Shown piece by piece: positions 1 through 7,459 of a stretch of 20,000 nt of DNA. Made by a program: the position numbers and the translations under genes. This DNA comes from an uncultured virus (IMG/VR IMGVR_UViG_3300030688_000021). Lineage: Duplodnaviria > Heunggongvirae > Uroviricota > Caudoviricetes. Under the pieces are notes generated by a model, which did not search any database, had not been told where the DNA came from, and saw only the letters and a list, made by a program, of their open reading frames with translations. The stretch lies in the IMG/VR virus record IMGVR_UViG_3300030688_000021, one strand, 5' to 3'. How positions within the stretch are numbered: the first letter of the stretch is position 1; every line of letters begins with the position of its first letter.

Positions 1-474
1 GACATGGTTTCCGATGATGTTGTGCTGCTGGCCGACGCCGGCACTCAGCTGCTCATAGTCAGCGTCATAGCCGCATGATACTTCACGCTTACCATCCTCG
101 ATGTCCTTGATGGCTTGCAGGTCTGTGATCACGAGGTCGGCCAGCAGGCAATCCTCAAGCTCACCCTCTCCGCGGCGCACGTTTTGGACGTGGCCGACGG
201 AAAGTTCCTTCCAATTCTCTGGAGTGACGTCTTCCTCGGGATGGTCATTGACCGAGGCTTTGCCCTCGAACGACGCGATCGTCGCGGGGCTGAATAGCTC
301 TTCAGGAGTGCGGGTCACGCGGATCAGACCATCCTTCCCTGCGTCGACCGGAATTTCACCCTCAGCGTAGAGCATCGGGGCCGTGCTGGCGATTGGCACG
401 TCGTAGCAGATAAGGAAACCTTCGGGCGTGAATGCACGCTTGGAGCCGAATGAACCCTTGCTGTAAAACTTCAT
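1..474 (-). CDS. DUF2213 family putative prohead maturation protease/scaffold (runs off the window edge)
   Basis: Not in the ORF track; manual translation from ATG at 474: MKFYSKGSFGSKRAFTPEGFLICYDVPIASTAPMLY...RTPEELFSPATIASFEGKASVNDHP...ENWKELSVGHVQNVRRG...KREVSCGYDADY...IIGNHV. These are typical DUF2213 motifs. SD GGAGG upstream. Confidence 0.9.
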   Translation of the reverse strand, partial: MKFYSKGSFGSKRAFTPEGFLICYDVPIASTAPMLYAEGEIPVDAGKDGLIRVTRTPEELFSPATIASFEGKASVNDHPEEDVTPENWKELSVGHVQNVRRGEGELEDCLLADLVITDLQAIKDIEDGKREVSCGYDADYEQLSAGVGQQHNIIGNHV

Positions 475-632
475 TCCGACCCTCCAAGGTCTATTGCCCA
501 TCCGTAGAGGTATGGCGCCGCTGGGTATACCATAATTGGTGTGGTATGTACACTATTATTTGGTGCCAAACCAATAATTACTCACCAGACCAGCAGAGTG
601 GCCAGTGCTAGTGAGTAAAGGCCAAATACCCA

Positions 633-773
633 TCATTCAGGAGGCGTTGTGGCGTTCACGTTTGGCGCCTCAAACCCAGGCCAGCCTTCATCCACATCGA
701 AGCACTTCTCACACGGCGCACTGTCCACTGGACCAGCCGCGTGCTTACATCCGCAGCATCCTTGTTCCGTCAT
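633..773 (-). CDS. 46-aa Cys-rich small protein (CxxC...CxxC)
   Basis: Manual translation MTEQGCCGCKHAAGPVDSAPCEKCFDVDEGWPGFEAPNVNATTPPE; start overlaps the ART stop (ATGA at 770-773). Confidence 0.6.
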   Translation of the reverse strand: MTEQGCCGCKHAAGPVDSAPCEKCFDVDEGWPGFEAPNVNATTPPE

Positions 774-1456
774 AGTAGTTCCAGTACACAAGAATTTTTT
801 GTAAGTTTCAGAACCTTAAATTTGGACCCTTTATCCAAAAGGATTTCATTTTTCGTTCTGTTCTTTACTTCTCCGTCAAGGGGGATTGCCTTTGCCCCTT
901 TTGGTAGCTGAATAGTCATCCAATGAGTCAAAGAAGAACCCGTAACACTAGATTTATTTGTCGTAGTAGACATGAACCCCGCGTCACTCACCTCCCCATT
1001 TTTTGCTTGGGCGACGATCTTTGACCACGCTTCATTGTCAACGCCACGATAAACAGTCATGTCTTTCTGAAGGCTGGCCTTAGAAAAAGCATCGTCAAGA
1101 GATGAAATGGTTTGTTTCAAATGTTTTGAATTTCGGATCGGTGTCCCGGACGAGTATTTGCCTTTTTCCACGGACGTGCCATTGCGCAAATAGTCATTGA
1201 TTGGATAAGACCCGGACAGCGTGTATGTCTCCAGCGCTTGCTTATTGGATTTAGACAATTCATTTTTTGTAGTGGTTTTCTGTTCTGACGGTTTTGAGGC
1301 TTGGGTTAGCGGAGTGGTAATCTTAGATTTTGAACTTAGCCGGCCACCTGCGCCAGCTATCACTTTCCCGACTCCGTTCACCAACACATGCGAGCCTGTC
1401 ATGGTGATCCAGCGCTCAGAGTCATCAGTAGTGTGGACGTGGATGTGGGTAGTCAT
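770..1456 (-). CDS. ADP-ribosyltransferase, VIP2/C3-like R-S-E class, with N-terminal leader
   Basis: ALETYT...INDYLRNG, TVYRG, GFMSTT, IQLPKG, KNEILLDKGSKFKV; SD GAGGAG 6 nt upstream of ATG. Confidence 0.85.
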   Translation of the reverse strand: MTTHIHVHTTDDSERWITMTGSHVLVNGVGKVIAGAGGRLSSKSKITTPLTQASKPSEQKTTTKNELSKSNKQALETYTLSGSYPINDYLRNGTSVEKGKYSSGTPIRNSKHLKQTISSLDDAFSKASLQKDMTVYRGVDNEAWSKIVAQAKNGEVSDAGFMSTTTNKSSVTGSSLTHWMTIQLPKGAKAIPLDGEVKNRTKNEILLDKGSKFKVLKLTKNSCVLELL

Positions 1457-2209
1457 CTACAACTCCTCTGGGATGACCGGCTCTGGGTAGCACCGGCAAT
1501 TTGGGATACAGCCGGCATGCCCAGTCAACTTGTCAAGTGTTGGTGGGCTGTCCCAACGAACGAACTGCCCTGCCATTTTCTTGTGGGACGGTCTGACATC
1601 GTTATCCGATGACGTGCGCCAGATGTAGCCCGGAGACCCGATGCCCTGGGCCCGAGCTTGCATGAGTGAGGTCTGAGTCCGTCCAGTCTCTGTCCTGGCA
1701 ATTAGCGTTGCCCGACTCGCGGTGACATGGCCGGTCTCTAAAATCTCTTTGGCAACCTCTGCAGCCCGAGTAGAGTTGGTTAGTCCCTCGATCGTGAGCT
1801 TGTGCACTCGCTGCGCTGCCTCAATGGGGAGGCTGGTGATCAGGTCCACGTGCTGATCGAGAAGGCGGCGTAAACTCTGCCCACTGACTTCCTTGTCAAG
1901 CTCAGCGCGTAGAGCATTCGAAAGACCCTTGGTCTGGGCTTTCCAAGAGCGGCGGTCTTGGTGGTCGAGCTCAGCAATCAGTCGACCTGCAACAGACTCG
2001 GCCCAAGGCTTCAGCACCTCTGAATACCGCTCCAGAACCTGACTGATTTTTTCGGATGACTCAGCAGTCCCGACCGGGAAGCCCTTGACAATTCGGCCAA
2101 TCTCATGGGCGACCCGCCTCAACTCTCGCGCGTAACGCAGCTCCAAGCCCTTCGCGCGTTGGAAGTCGGCTCGTTGAGTCTTGGCGTCGTGAGTTGGGCG
2201 GAGGGGCAT
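1457..2209 (-). CDS. Phage Mu F-like / SPP1 gp7 minor head (head morphogenesis) protein
   Basis: RATLIARTETGR, YIWRTSSDNDVRPSH, GHAGCIPNCRCYPEP; located between portal and DUF2213. Confidence 0.92.
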   Translation of the reverse strand: MPLRPTHDAKTQRADFQRAKGLELRYARELRRVAHEIGRIVKGFPVGTAESSEKISQVLERYSEVLKPWAESVAGRLIAELDHQDRRSWKAQTKGLSNALRAELDKEVSGQSLRRLLDQHVDLITSLPIEAAQRVHKLTIEGLTNSTRAAEVAKEILETGHVTASRATLIARTETGRTQTSLMQARAQGIGSPGYIWRTSSDNDVRPSHKKMAGQFVRWDSPPTLDKLTGHAGCIPNCRCYPEPVIPEEL

Positions 2210-2212
2210 GGG

Positions 2213-2698
2213 TTAGTCCTTGTACACGTCGCCGCGCTTGGTGACCTGAATACGCTTCGGCGTGCTTGACGAGATTTCATCTTCATCGTCAATCTCGTAG
2301 ATCTTGGTATCCTCGCCACCAGGCAACTCATTACCAGGGCGGGCGGCCATCTCATACCGCTCGCCTTTGAAGTTAAGCGGGTTTGGCCAGTTGGAGGAAG
2401 CGGTTCCAAGGCGAGGGTCGACGTCCTTCGTGATCTTCATGATGGCGTCACGGGCGCGGGTCAGGGCGCAGGGAGCGGAGTCCCACATTTCATTCTTGGT
2501 GCGGTTCGCCTTCAGATATTCCTCAGCTTTTTGCTTGCCCTCGGGCGTGCGAGGGAACCGCTTAACAGTTCGACCACTGTCGCTCACGATGACCCAATTA
2601 TTTCCGGTATCAATAACCTCAGGACCGCTGTCCTTCGTCCCACCAATCTGCCCCATCGCGTCACGGATACGAGAGTAGGCATCTTTGTTCTGAGTCAT
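2213..2698 (-). CDS. Hypothetical 161-aa head-module protein with an internally repeated motif
   Basis: ATG at 2698 with GGAG upstream, just after the portal stop; the track's 2740 start overlaps the portal. Two RxRDA...TKD units. Confidence 0.7.
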   Translation of the reverse strand: MTQNKDAYSRIRDAMGQIGGTKDSGPEVIDTGNNWVIVSDSGRTVKRFPRTPEGKQKAEEYLKANRTKNEMWDSAPCALTRARDAIMKITKDVDPRLGTASSNWPNPLNFKGERYEMAARPGNELPGGEDTKIYEIDDEDEISSSTPKRIQVTKRGDVYKD

Positions 2699-2703
2699 CA
2701 CAT

Positions 2704-4608
2704 TCACTCCGAGGTCTTGACGGTTAACGGCTTTGCCCAATCATCGGACTTTAGCCAATCTTTGAACTGTTTGAGGGTTAGCACCTTCACGCCCATGATC
2801 CGGTCTTGGCCCTTGCCGTCGTGGTAGCTGGCGCAGTAGTCACGGATCGCAGAGCTTTGGTTAAAATAGCCGAGCATACACTTGTGCTCGTCGAACTCGC
2901 CGGTGCTCAGGTTGGCCTGGTCGATCACGTAGACCCTCTGGCTGTGGCGAAGAGGACCGACGAAGACATCCATACCTTCATCAGGGCCCTCAGCTGAACC
3001 GGTGCCTTCGACATAGCCGTAGTCGGCCGCCATCTTGGCATGCCAAGAACCGTCTCGAGCCTTACGAACCTCACCCTTGCCCGTCTCAATGACGAGAGGG
3101 AGCCCCTGGTAGTCGAGCTTAGTCATAGGCCTCGGCGCTTCGCCGTCATCTGGCATCGCCTCGTCCTTGATGCTACCGAGGTGACGCTGAGCTTCCTGGA
3201 TCCCAACAGGTTGCCCAGCGTCACCGGCACCTTCCTCCTCGCTGCCCATGGCCTGTTCAGCGTTCGGAGGAGGAGCACCCTTAGCAGCTGTGATGTCCTC
3301 ATCGGTGATGTTCGTCCAAATGCCGGTCTGGCGTGACGACTGCCGCAGCTCTTTGAGAGCCACGTCCTGAGTGACAAGACCAGACTCCCAAGCGCTTTGG
3401 ACCGTGGTCGTGACACCGGAAGCAACGTCTGCCTTCTCTTTGTCATTCGGCACCTTGAGGGAGCGGAAGGTGAAGGTCATGTCAGCAGGCGGGTCAATCC
3501 CAAGCTCTGAGCGGCACAGCAGGTCGAGGATCACGCCCATGGGTTGACGCAGGCGGGTATCCTGCTTACGACGGATCGACTCGTAATAGTTAGTCAAATC
3601 GGTCTCACCAGTGCTGAAACCAGCGGGTGACTGGCCAAACAGACGAACTAGGGGCACCTCAACTGCGCCGGAGATCTGTTCACCCATCTGCATGAGCACG
3701 TCACTCAGACCGGCGAAGGTGTAGGTCTCAGAGCTGAATTCATCTTCGGCGTCCAAAAGAGTGATGCTCTCGTTGGACTGCATGGACCTCATCATGTCCA
3801 TCTGTTTGAGTAGGCCGTTGAGGGCAGGACCACCCATCGCCACGGTCTCGCGCAGTGACTTGACCTTCAGGGTTCGTAGGTGGGCGCGGTAAACCAACTG
3901 CGCGGCGCCAAGCGTCGTAGAGTCAAAGGCGACGAGCCGGTCGTAAATGCGCTCGACCACGCTCTCACCCCAAAGCATCTCACCGAGCTTCTGGAAGTAG
4001 GGCAGGTCAAGGCCCTCGAAGCGGATGACGCGGCTGTAATGGATCTTCTCACGAGGAAGACCTGGAGCGTCGGCCACAACATTGTAGAACTTGGGCTTAC
4101 CCAGATGAGGGCCGTAATCCGTGACCAGGTCGTTGACGTCGGCTTGAACCATCCACCGGTCAAGAACCAACATGCCTTTGAACTGACCCTTCTTGATGCT
4201 GTCAGTGCGAAGGGGCTCGGCCATGCTCTGGTTTTCGATGAGGAAGACACCGATCGCGCCGCCAAACAGCCGAGACCAACGAATTGTGTTGGCAACGCCG
4301 TCCCACACTTTCTCCATCAGCGCCGACTGAAGCAATTCGATCTGGTCCGGCGGAAGTTGGGCCTGGATGTCGATACCCGCGCGGGTCATGTCTTCGGCTG
4401 GGGCATCCACCGCTTGGCCAATCAACCATGAACCACGGTACATCGCTTCGAGTTGCTGGCGATTGCGGGTGACGTAGTTGAAGCTATAGTTGGCCTGAGA
4501 CGCCAAGTTGTCAGCCCCAAGACCCACGCGAGCTTGGAAGTTGGTGAACCCATCGCGCGTCTTGGTCCCAGCACCGCGCCCTCGGTTCCTGATGGTTTTC
4601 CTGCTCAT
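2704..4608 (-). CDS. DUF1073-family portal protein with C-terminal InPase (inorganic pyrophosphatase-like) domain
   Basis: True start probably ATG 4608 (TAATG overlap with terL stop). Portal motifs LEAMYRGSW, RWSRLFGG, KIHYSR, PLVRLFGQSPAGFSTGETDLTNYYE. C-terminal GLPLVIE...W...YGYVEGT...DVFVG...VYVIDQ...GEFDEHKCMLG. Confidence 0.88.
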   Translation of the reverse strand: MSRKTIRNRGRGAGTKTRDGFTNFQARVGLGADNLASQANYSFNYVTRNRQQLEAMYRGSWLIGQAVDAPAEDMTRAGIDIQAQLPPDQIELLQSALMEKVWDGVANTIRWSRLFGGAIGVFLIENQSMAEPLRTDSIKKGQFKGMLVLDRWMVQADVNDLVTDYGPHLGKPKFYNVVADAPGLPREKIHYSRVIRFEGLDLPYFQKLGEMLWGESVVERIYDRLVAFDSTTLGAAQLVYRAHLRTLKVKSLRETVAMGGPALNGLLKQMDMMRSMQSNESITLLDAEDEFSSETYTFAGLSDVLMQMGEQISGAVEVPLVRLFGQSPAGFSTGETDLTNYYESIRRKQDTRLRQPMGVILDLLCRSELGIDPPADMTFTFRSLKVPNDKEKADVASGVTTTVQSAWESGLVTQDVALKELRQSSRQTGIWTNITDEDITAAKGAPPPNAEQAMGSEEEGAGDAGQPVGIQEAQRHLGSIKDEAMPDDGEAPRPMTKLDYQGLPLVIETGKGEVRKARDGSWHAKMAADYGYVEGTGSAEGPDEGMDVFVGPLRHSQRVYVIDQANLSTGEFDEHKCMLGYFNQSSAIRDYCASYHDGKGQDRIMGVKVLTLKQFKDWLKSDDWAKPLTVKTSE

Positions 4609-5843
4609 TACGCCATAGCTCCGAGTTTGGCGAACACGCCGACCGTGCTGCTGCGGCGGATATAACCGTCCAAAGCGTAGCGCAGGGCGTCCCACAGATG
4701 GTTGTTGGCATCGACGATCACGGGCAATACGTCACCGGTGTTCTGATCGACCTTGTACTTATACAGCGCGGCTTCCATAGTGAAGTGTTTGCAGCGCGGG
4801 TGGATAACGATCTTCGTGAAGCCCTTGAGGTGGGCAATGCCGTCCTCAATCGATCCAGGCCATTTGTCAGCGGGAGCAATGTTGAAGCCCTGGCGACGAA
4901 CGTAGCTGATGGTCTCAGGCCTCGCGTTATCGGCCTTGACTGGCCACTCTCTGGATTTCGGCACGGAGTCGAAGAAACCAGGGAGTTGCTCGAACTCTAC
5001 CCCGCGGCCATAGGCCTCATGGGTGACGTAAAGCGTGTTGTCCTGGATGTAGCACCGAACCATGACGGTCGGGTCTTGGGAAAAGCCCCAGTCCACCCCG
5101 TAGTAAGGTCTGACATCTTCAGGCTCAGAGAAATCATCGACGATGTAACGGCCTTTGAAGATGACAGCATCGCTGATCGTCCGGCAGTTGCCGTTCCAAA
5201 CCCAGTCATAGGCGTCGGGGTCCTTGGCCAACATATCCAGTCGCTCGTCATTGAGTACCTCAGGAAACCATGGGTTCCCATCGAAGTTGACCTTGACGAC
5301 GAGGGCGTTCTTCGGCGGGTTTATTACGAAGCGCTTCCAGGTCGAGGACTCAGAGTCATCGGGGTTAAAGGTCACCCAGATTTCCGAGTATTCCTTGCGG
5401 ATGGTGGGGATCAGGATCTGCCAGGACTCGGCGGATACCGACTGGGCTTCTTCGACCCAGCAGACGTCGATGCCCTCAGTCGACTTAATTTCATTGATGT
5501 TGCGGCGAAGGCCTTTGAACAGGAACTCAGACCCAGTCAACGGGCAAAGAATACTGTTCTTCGTGATGACGAAAAAAGAACTGAGGCCCAAGGCCTCAAT
5601 CTGGTCGCTCAACAGTTTGTGGACTGAGTCCGCGATGGACGTTTGAAATTCACGGACGCAGAGCACTCGGACCTTGCTGGTGTACGCGAGGCTGATCAGC
5701 ACCCGCGCGATGGTCCAGGACTTGGAGGAACCACGCCCACCGTAGAACACCTTGTAGCGGTGGTTCCGGTAGAGACCACGAAAGGCGCCTGGTACGTCGA
5801 GACCAATGTCTGGTTTTTTCTCGATGCAGGCGAGGGTCGTCAT
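4608..5843 (-). CDS. terL: Terminase large subunit, PBSX family
   Basis: Walker A YGGRGSSKS, Walker B CWVEEA, TFNP, nuclease GVDWGFSQDP and DANNHLWDALRYAL. Confidence 0.95.
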   Translation of the reverse strand: MTTLACIEKKPDIGLDVPGAFRGLYRNHRYKVFYGGRGSSKSWTIARVLISLAYTSKVRVLCVREFQTSIADSVHKLLSDQIEALGLSSFFVITKNSILCPLTGSEFLFKGLRRNINEIKSTEGIDVCWVEEAQSVSAESWQILIPTIRKEYSEIWVTFNPDDSESSTWKRFVINPPKNALVVKVNFDGNPWFPEVLNDERLDMLAKDPDAYDWVWNGNCRTISDAVIFKGRYIVDDFSEPEDVRPYYGVDWGFSQDPTVMVRCYIQDNTLYVTHEAYGRGVEFEQLPGFFDSVPKSREWPVKADNARPETISYVRRQGFNIAPADKWPGSIEDGIAHLKGFTKIVIHPRCKHFTMEAALYKYKVDQNTGDVLPVIVDANNHLWDALRYALDGYIRRSSTVGVFAKLGAMA

Positions 5844-6205
5844 TTCTTCTCAGAGGCCTCGACGAAGTTGACCACAAGCTTGGGAAGCATGGCGGCCATC
5901 TCAGCGGGAGACCCGTGCATGAAGGCGCCCTCAATGGCGACGGGGAGCTTGCGGTGCATGTAAGGCATCAGGAGCTCGGCGGCCCAGCGCTTCTCGACCA
6001 TGGGGGCGTCCTTGTCTCGCAGCACTGAAGCGGCAAATTCCAAGGGCGTGATGCCACCGGCCTTAACTGCCAGCGCTTGGCGCTGAGCGTCGGTCAGGCG
6101 GTTCTCCTTATGGAGCCCAGGTCCACCACGAGGACCCTGGGGCCGAACGCCTCGTAGCGTCACGGCGGGCATGTGGTCTACAGGTTCACGCTTTTTCCCG
6201 GCCAT
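5840..6205 (-). CDS. terS: Probable terminase small subunit
   Basis: Directly upstream of terL with ATGA overlap; TPLEF...AAELLMPYMHRKL motif typical of this small-terminase class; AGGAG SD. Confidence 0.7.
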   Translation of the reverse strand: MAGKKREPVDHMPAVTLRGVRPQGPRGGPGLHKENRLTDAQRQALAVKAGGITPLEFAASVLRDKDAPMVEKRWAAELLMPYMHRKLPVAIEGAFMHGSPAEMAAMLPKLVVNFVEASEKK

Positions 6206-6243
6206 GTGGTCTCCTTGTGGTTTGAGAATGCCCTGAAGTCTCC

Positions 6244-6273
6244 ACTATACCACGAATTGATATCGTCTGTAAA
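6244..6273 (-). promoter_or_regulatory. Sigma70-like promoter of the packaging/head operon
   Basis: Minus strand TTTACA-18 nt-TATAGT with extended -10 TG, about 40 nt upstream of terS. Confidence 0.6.
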
Positions 6274-6627
6274 CACGATTGTTGGACGGCCGGAAGCCCT
6301 TCCCTGCCCGGTTCTGGCTTAGTTTTGTGAAAATAGCTCTGTGGTTCATGTGGCCGGTCCTCTTTCATGGCGGTGAATTTGGGAGCGCCAGGGCCAAGCC
6401 CAAAGAATTGTGGTCTTTGACCACAAAACTAAGCTGCTACAAGCTACAGGGTTTCTCTATTTTCCTAGAAAAGGAAAGTAAAGATGGTAATTTAGATAGA
6501 TATAACCGTCCTTAGTAGGGTAATCTTAGAAGTACAAAGTGCTTGCTGTAGCGCACCGTGCACCGGGCTCAGCCCAAAGCCCCACAATCTTAAAAACTTC
6601 ATACCATTGCCGCCAAGAATTTTTCAG

Positions 6628-6656
6628 TTTACCCTGCCGAGAACCCATGATAGTAT
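6628..6656 (+). promoter_or_regulatory. Sigma70-like promoter
   Basis: TTTACC-17 nt-TAGTAT upstream of the GGAG SD and ATG at 6685. Confidence 0.5.
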
Positions 6657-6684
6657 CCTATTAATCACATGGAGAATTGGTCAT

Positions 6685-7257
6685 ATGCCACACGGTCGTT
6701 GTAAACCCCCAGAAAATGTTCTGGCCAAAGCAAGAATGGCTAGGCATAACAAAAAGAACGGTTTTGTATCCAAAGACCAACCATTGGTCCAGCCGTTCTT
6801 CAACTTCGACGATCTTGGTGCATTCCCAATAGAAACTGAGTCTGCAGCTAAAATACTAAACGATTATTTTGCGGGTCTTAGCGGAAGCCCTGATCCCGCC
6901 ATCCGAACTGTGGTCGAGGCGTTTAGATACTTGGCATCTGAACTGGTCGAGACTCGCCTTACGCTACTGGCGGTGGCCAGAAAAAAGTCCACAAACACCG
7001 GCGTCTCTGAAATGTGGGCTCGTCGCCGAGACGCCGAGATCTTCAAGATTAATTCCTCCACAAAAGGGCGCTTCGAGCTACAAGGTTGGAAGGCCTTGCT
7101 TGAATATACCGGGCTCCAAGAAAAGTACTTGCGAAACAAGTTTTGTAACGGCAAGGGCGTCTTTCAACCGACAATCTTCCGTGGCAAAGATTGCACCGAA
7201 CCCGAGCGGATGCGGATTGAGCGGCCCAGTCAGGTTAAGCCCAAGAAGGCTCTCTAA
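6685..7257 (+). CDS. Hypothetical basic protein, possibly DNA-binding
   Basis: ATG 6685 with GGAG SD; C-terminal GWKALLEYTGLQEKYLRNK is HTH-like (weak). Confidence 0.6.
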   Translation: MPHGRCKPPENVLAKARMARHNKKNGFVSKDQPLVQPFFNFDDLGAFPIETESAAKILNDYFAGLSGSPDPAIRTVVEAFRYLASELVETRLTLLAVARKKSTNTGVSEMWARRRDAEIFKINSSTKGRFELQGWKALLEYTGLQEKYLRNKFCNGKGVFQPTIFRGKDCTEPERMRIERPSQVKPKKAL

Positions 7258-7300
7258 ATTTCTGTGTACATAGACCTTCTCTTAAGGCCTTATCTACCCT

Positions 7301-7437
7301 TGCCGGCGGGCCCCACGTTGCTCGTCACCAGGTTGCAGTACCTGGCCTCGGCACCGTTCTCCTCAGCAAGGAACGCGGAGCCCGTCGGCACCTAAGACAG
7401 AGCTGAGGCTGTCAAGGGCGGCTGAGCTGAGCAGCCG
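7301..7437 (+). ncRNA. Candidate structured leader / cis-encoded antisense RNA upstream of primase
   Basis: 11-bp closing stem 7301-7311/7380-7390 with internal hairpins, followed by two hairpins whose loops complement an internal loop. Confidence 0.5.
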
Positions 7438-7459
7438 AACTCGAGAACGGAATGATCAT

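Noticed and set aside
1457..1459. Genome-wide TAG recoding
   Set aside because: Core genes are full length in the standard code, and no suppressor tRNA is visible in the window.
2704..4608. Anti-CBASS Acb1 call for the DUF1073 protein
   Set aside because: No paired HxT 2H-phosphoesterase motifs seen; position indicates portal, and the extra domain is InPase-like.
4609..4695. N-terminal portal extension in the ORF track
   Set aside because: Overlaps the terL C-terminus; the TAATG coupling at 4608 is the more plausible start.
4698..5627. 309-aa plus-strand ORF
   Set aside because: Antisense shadow of terL with no recognisable motifs.
7301..7390. tRNA gene
   Set aside because: Multi-branch fold, but no TTC T-loop, canonical arm lengths or CCA end.
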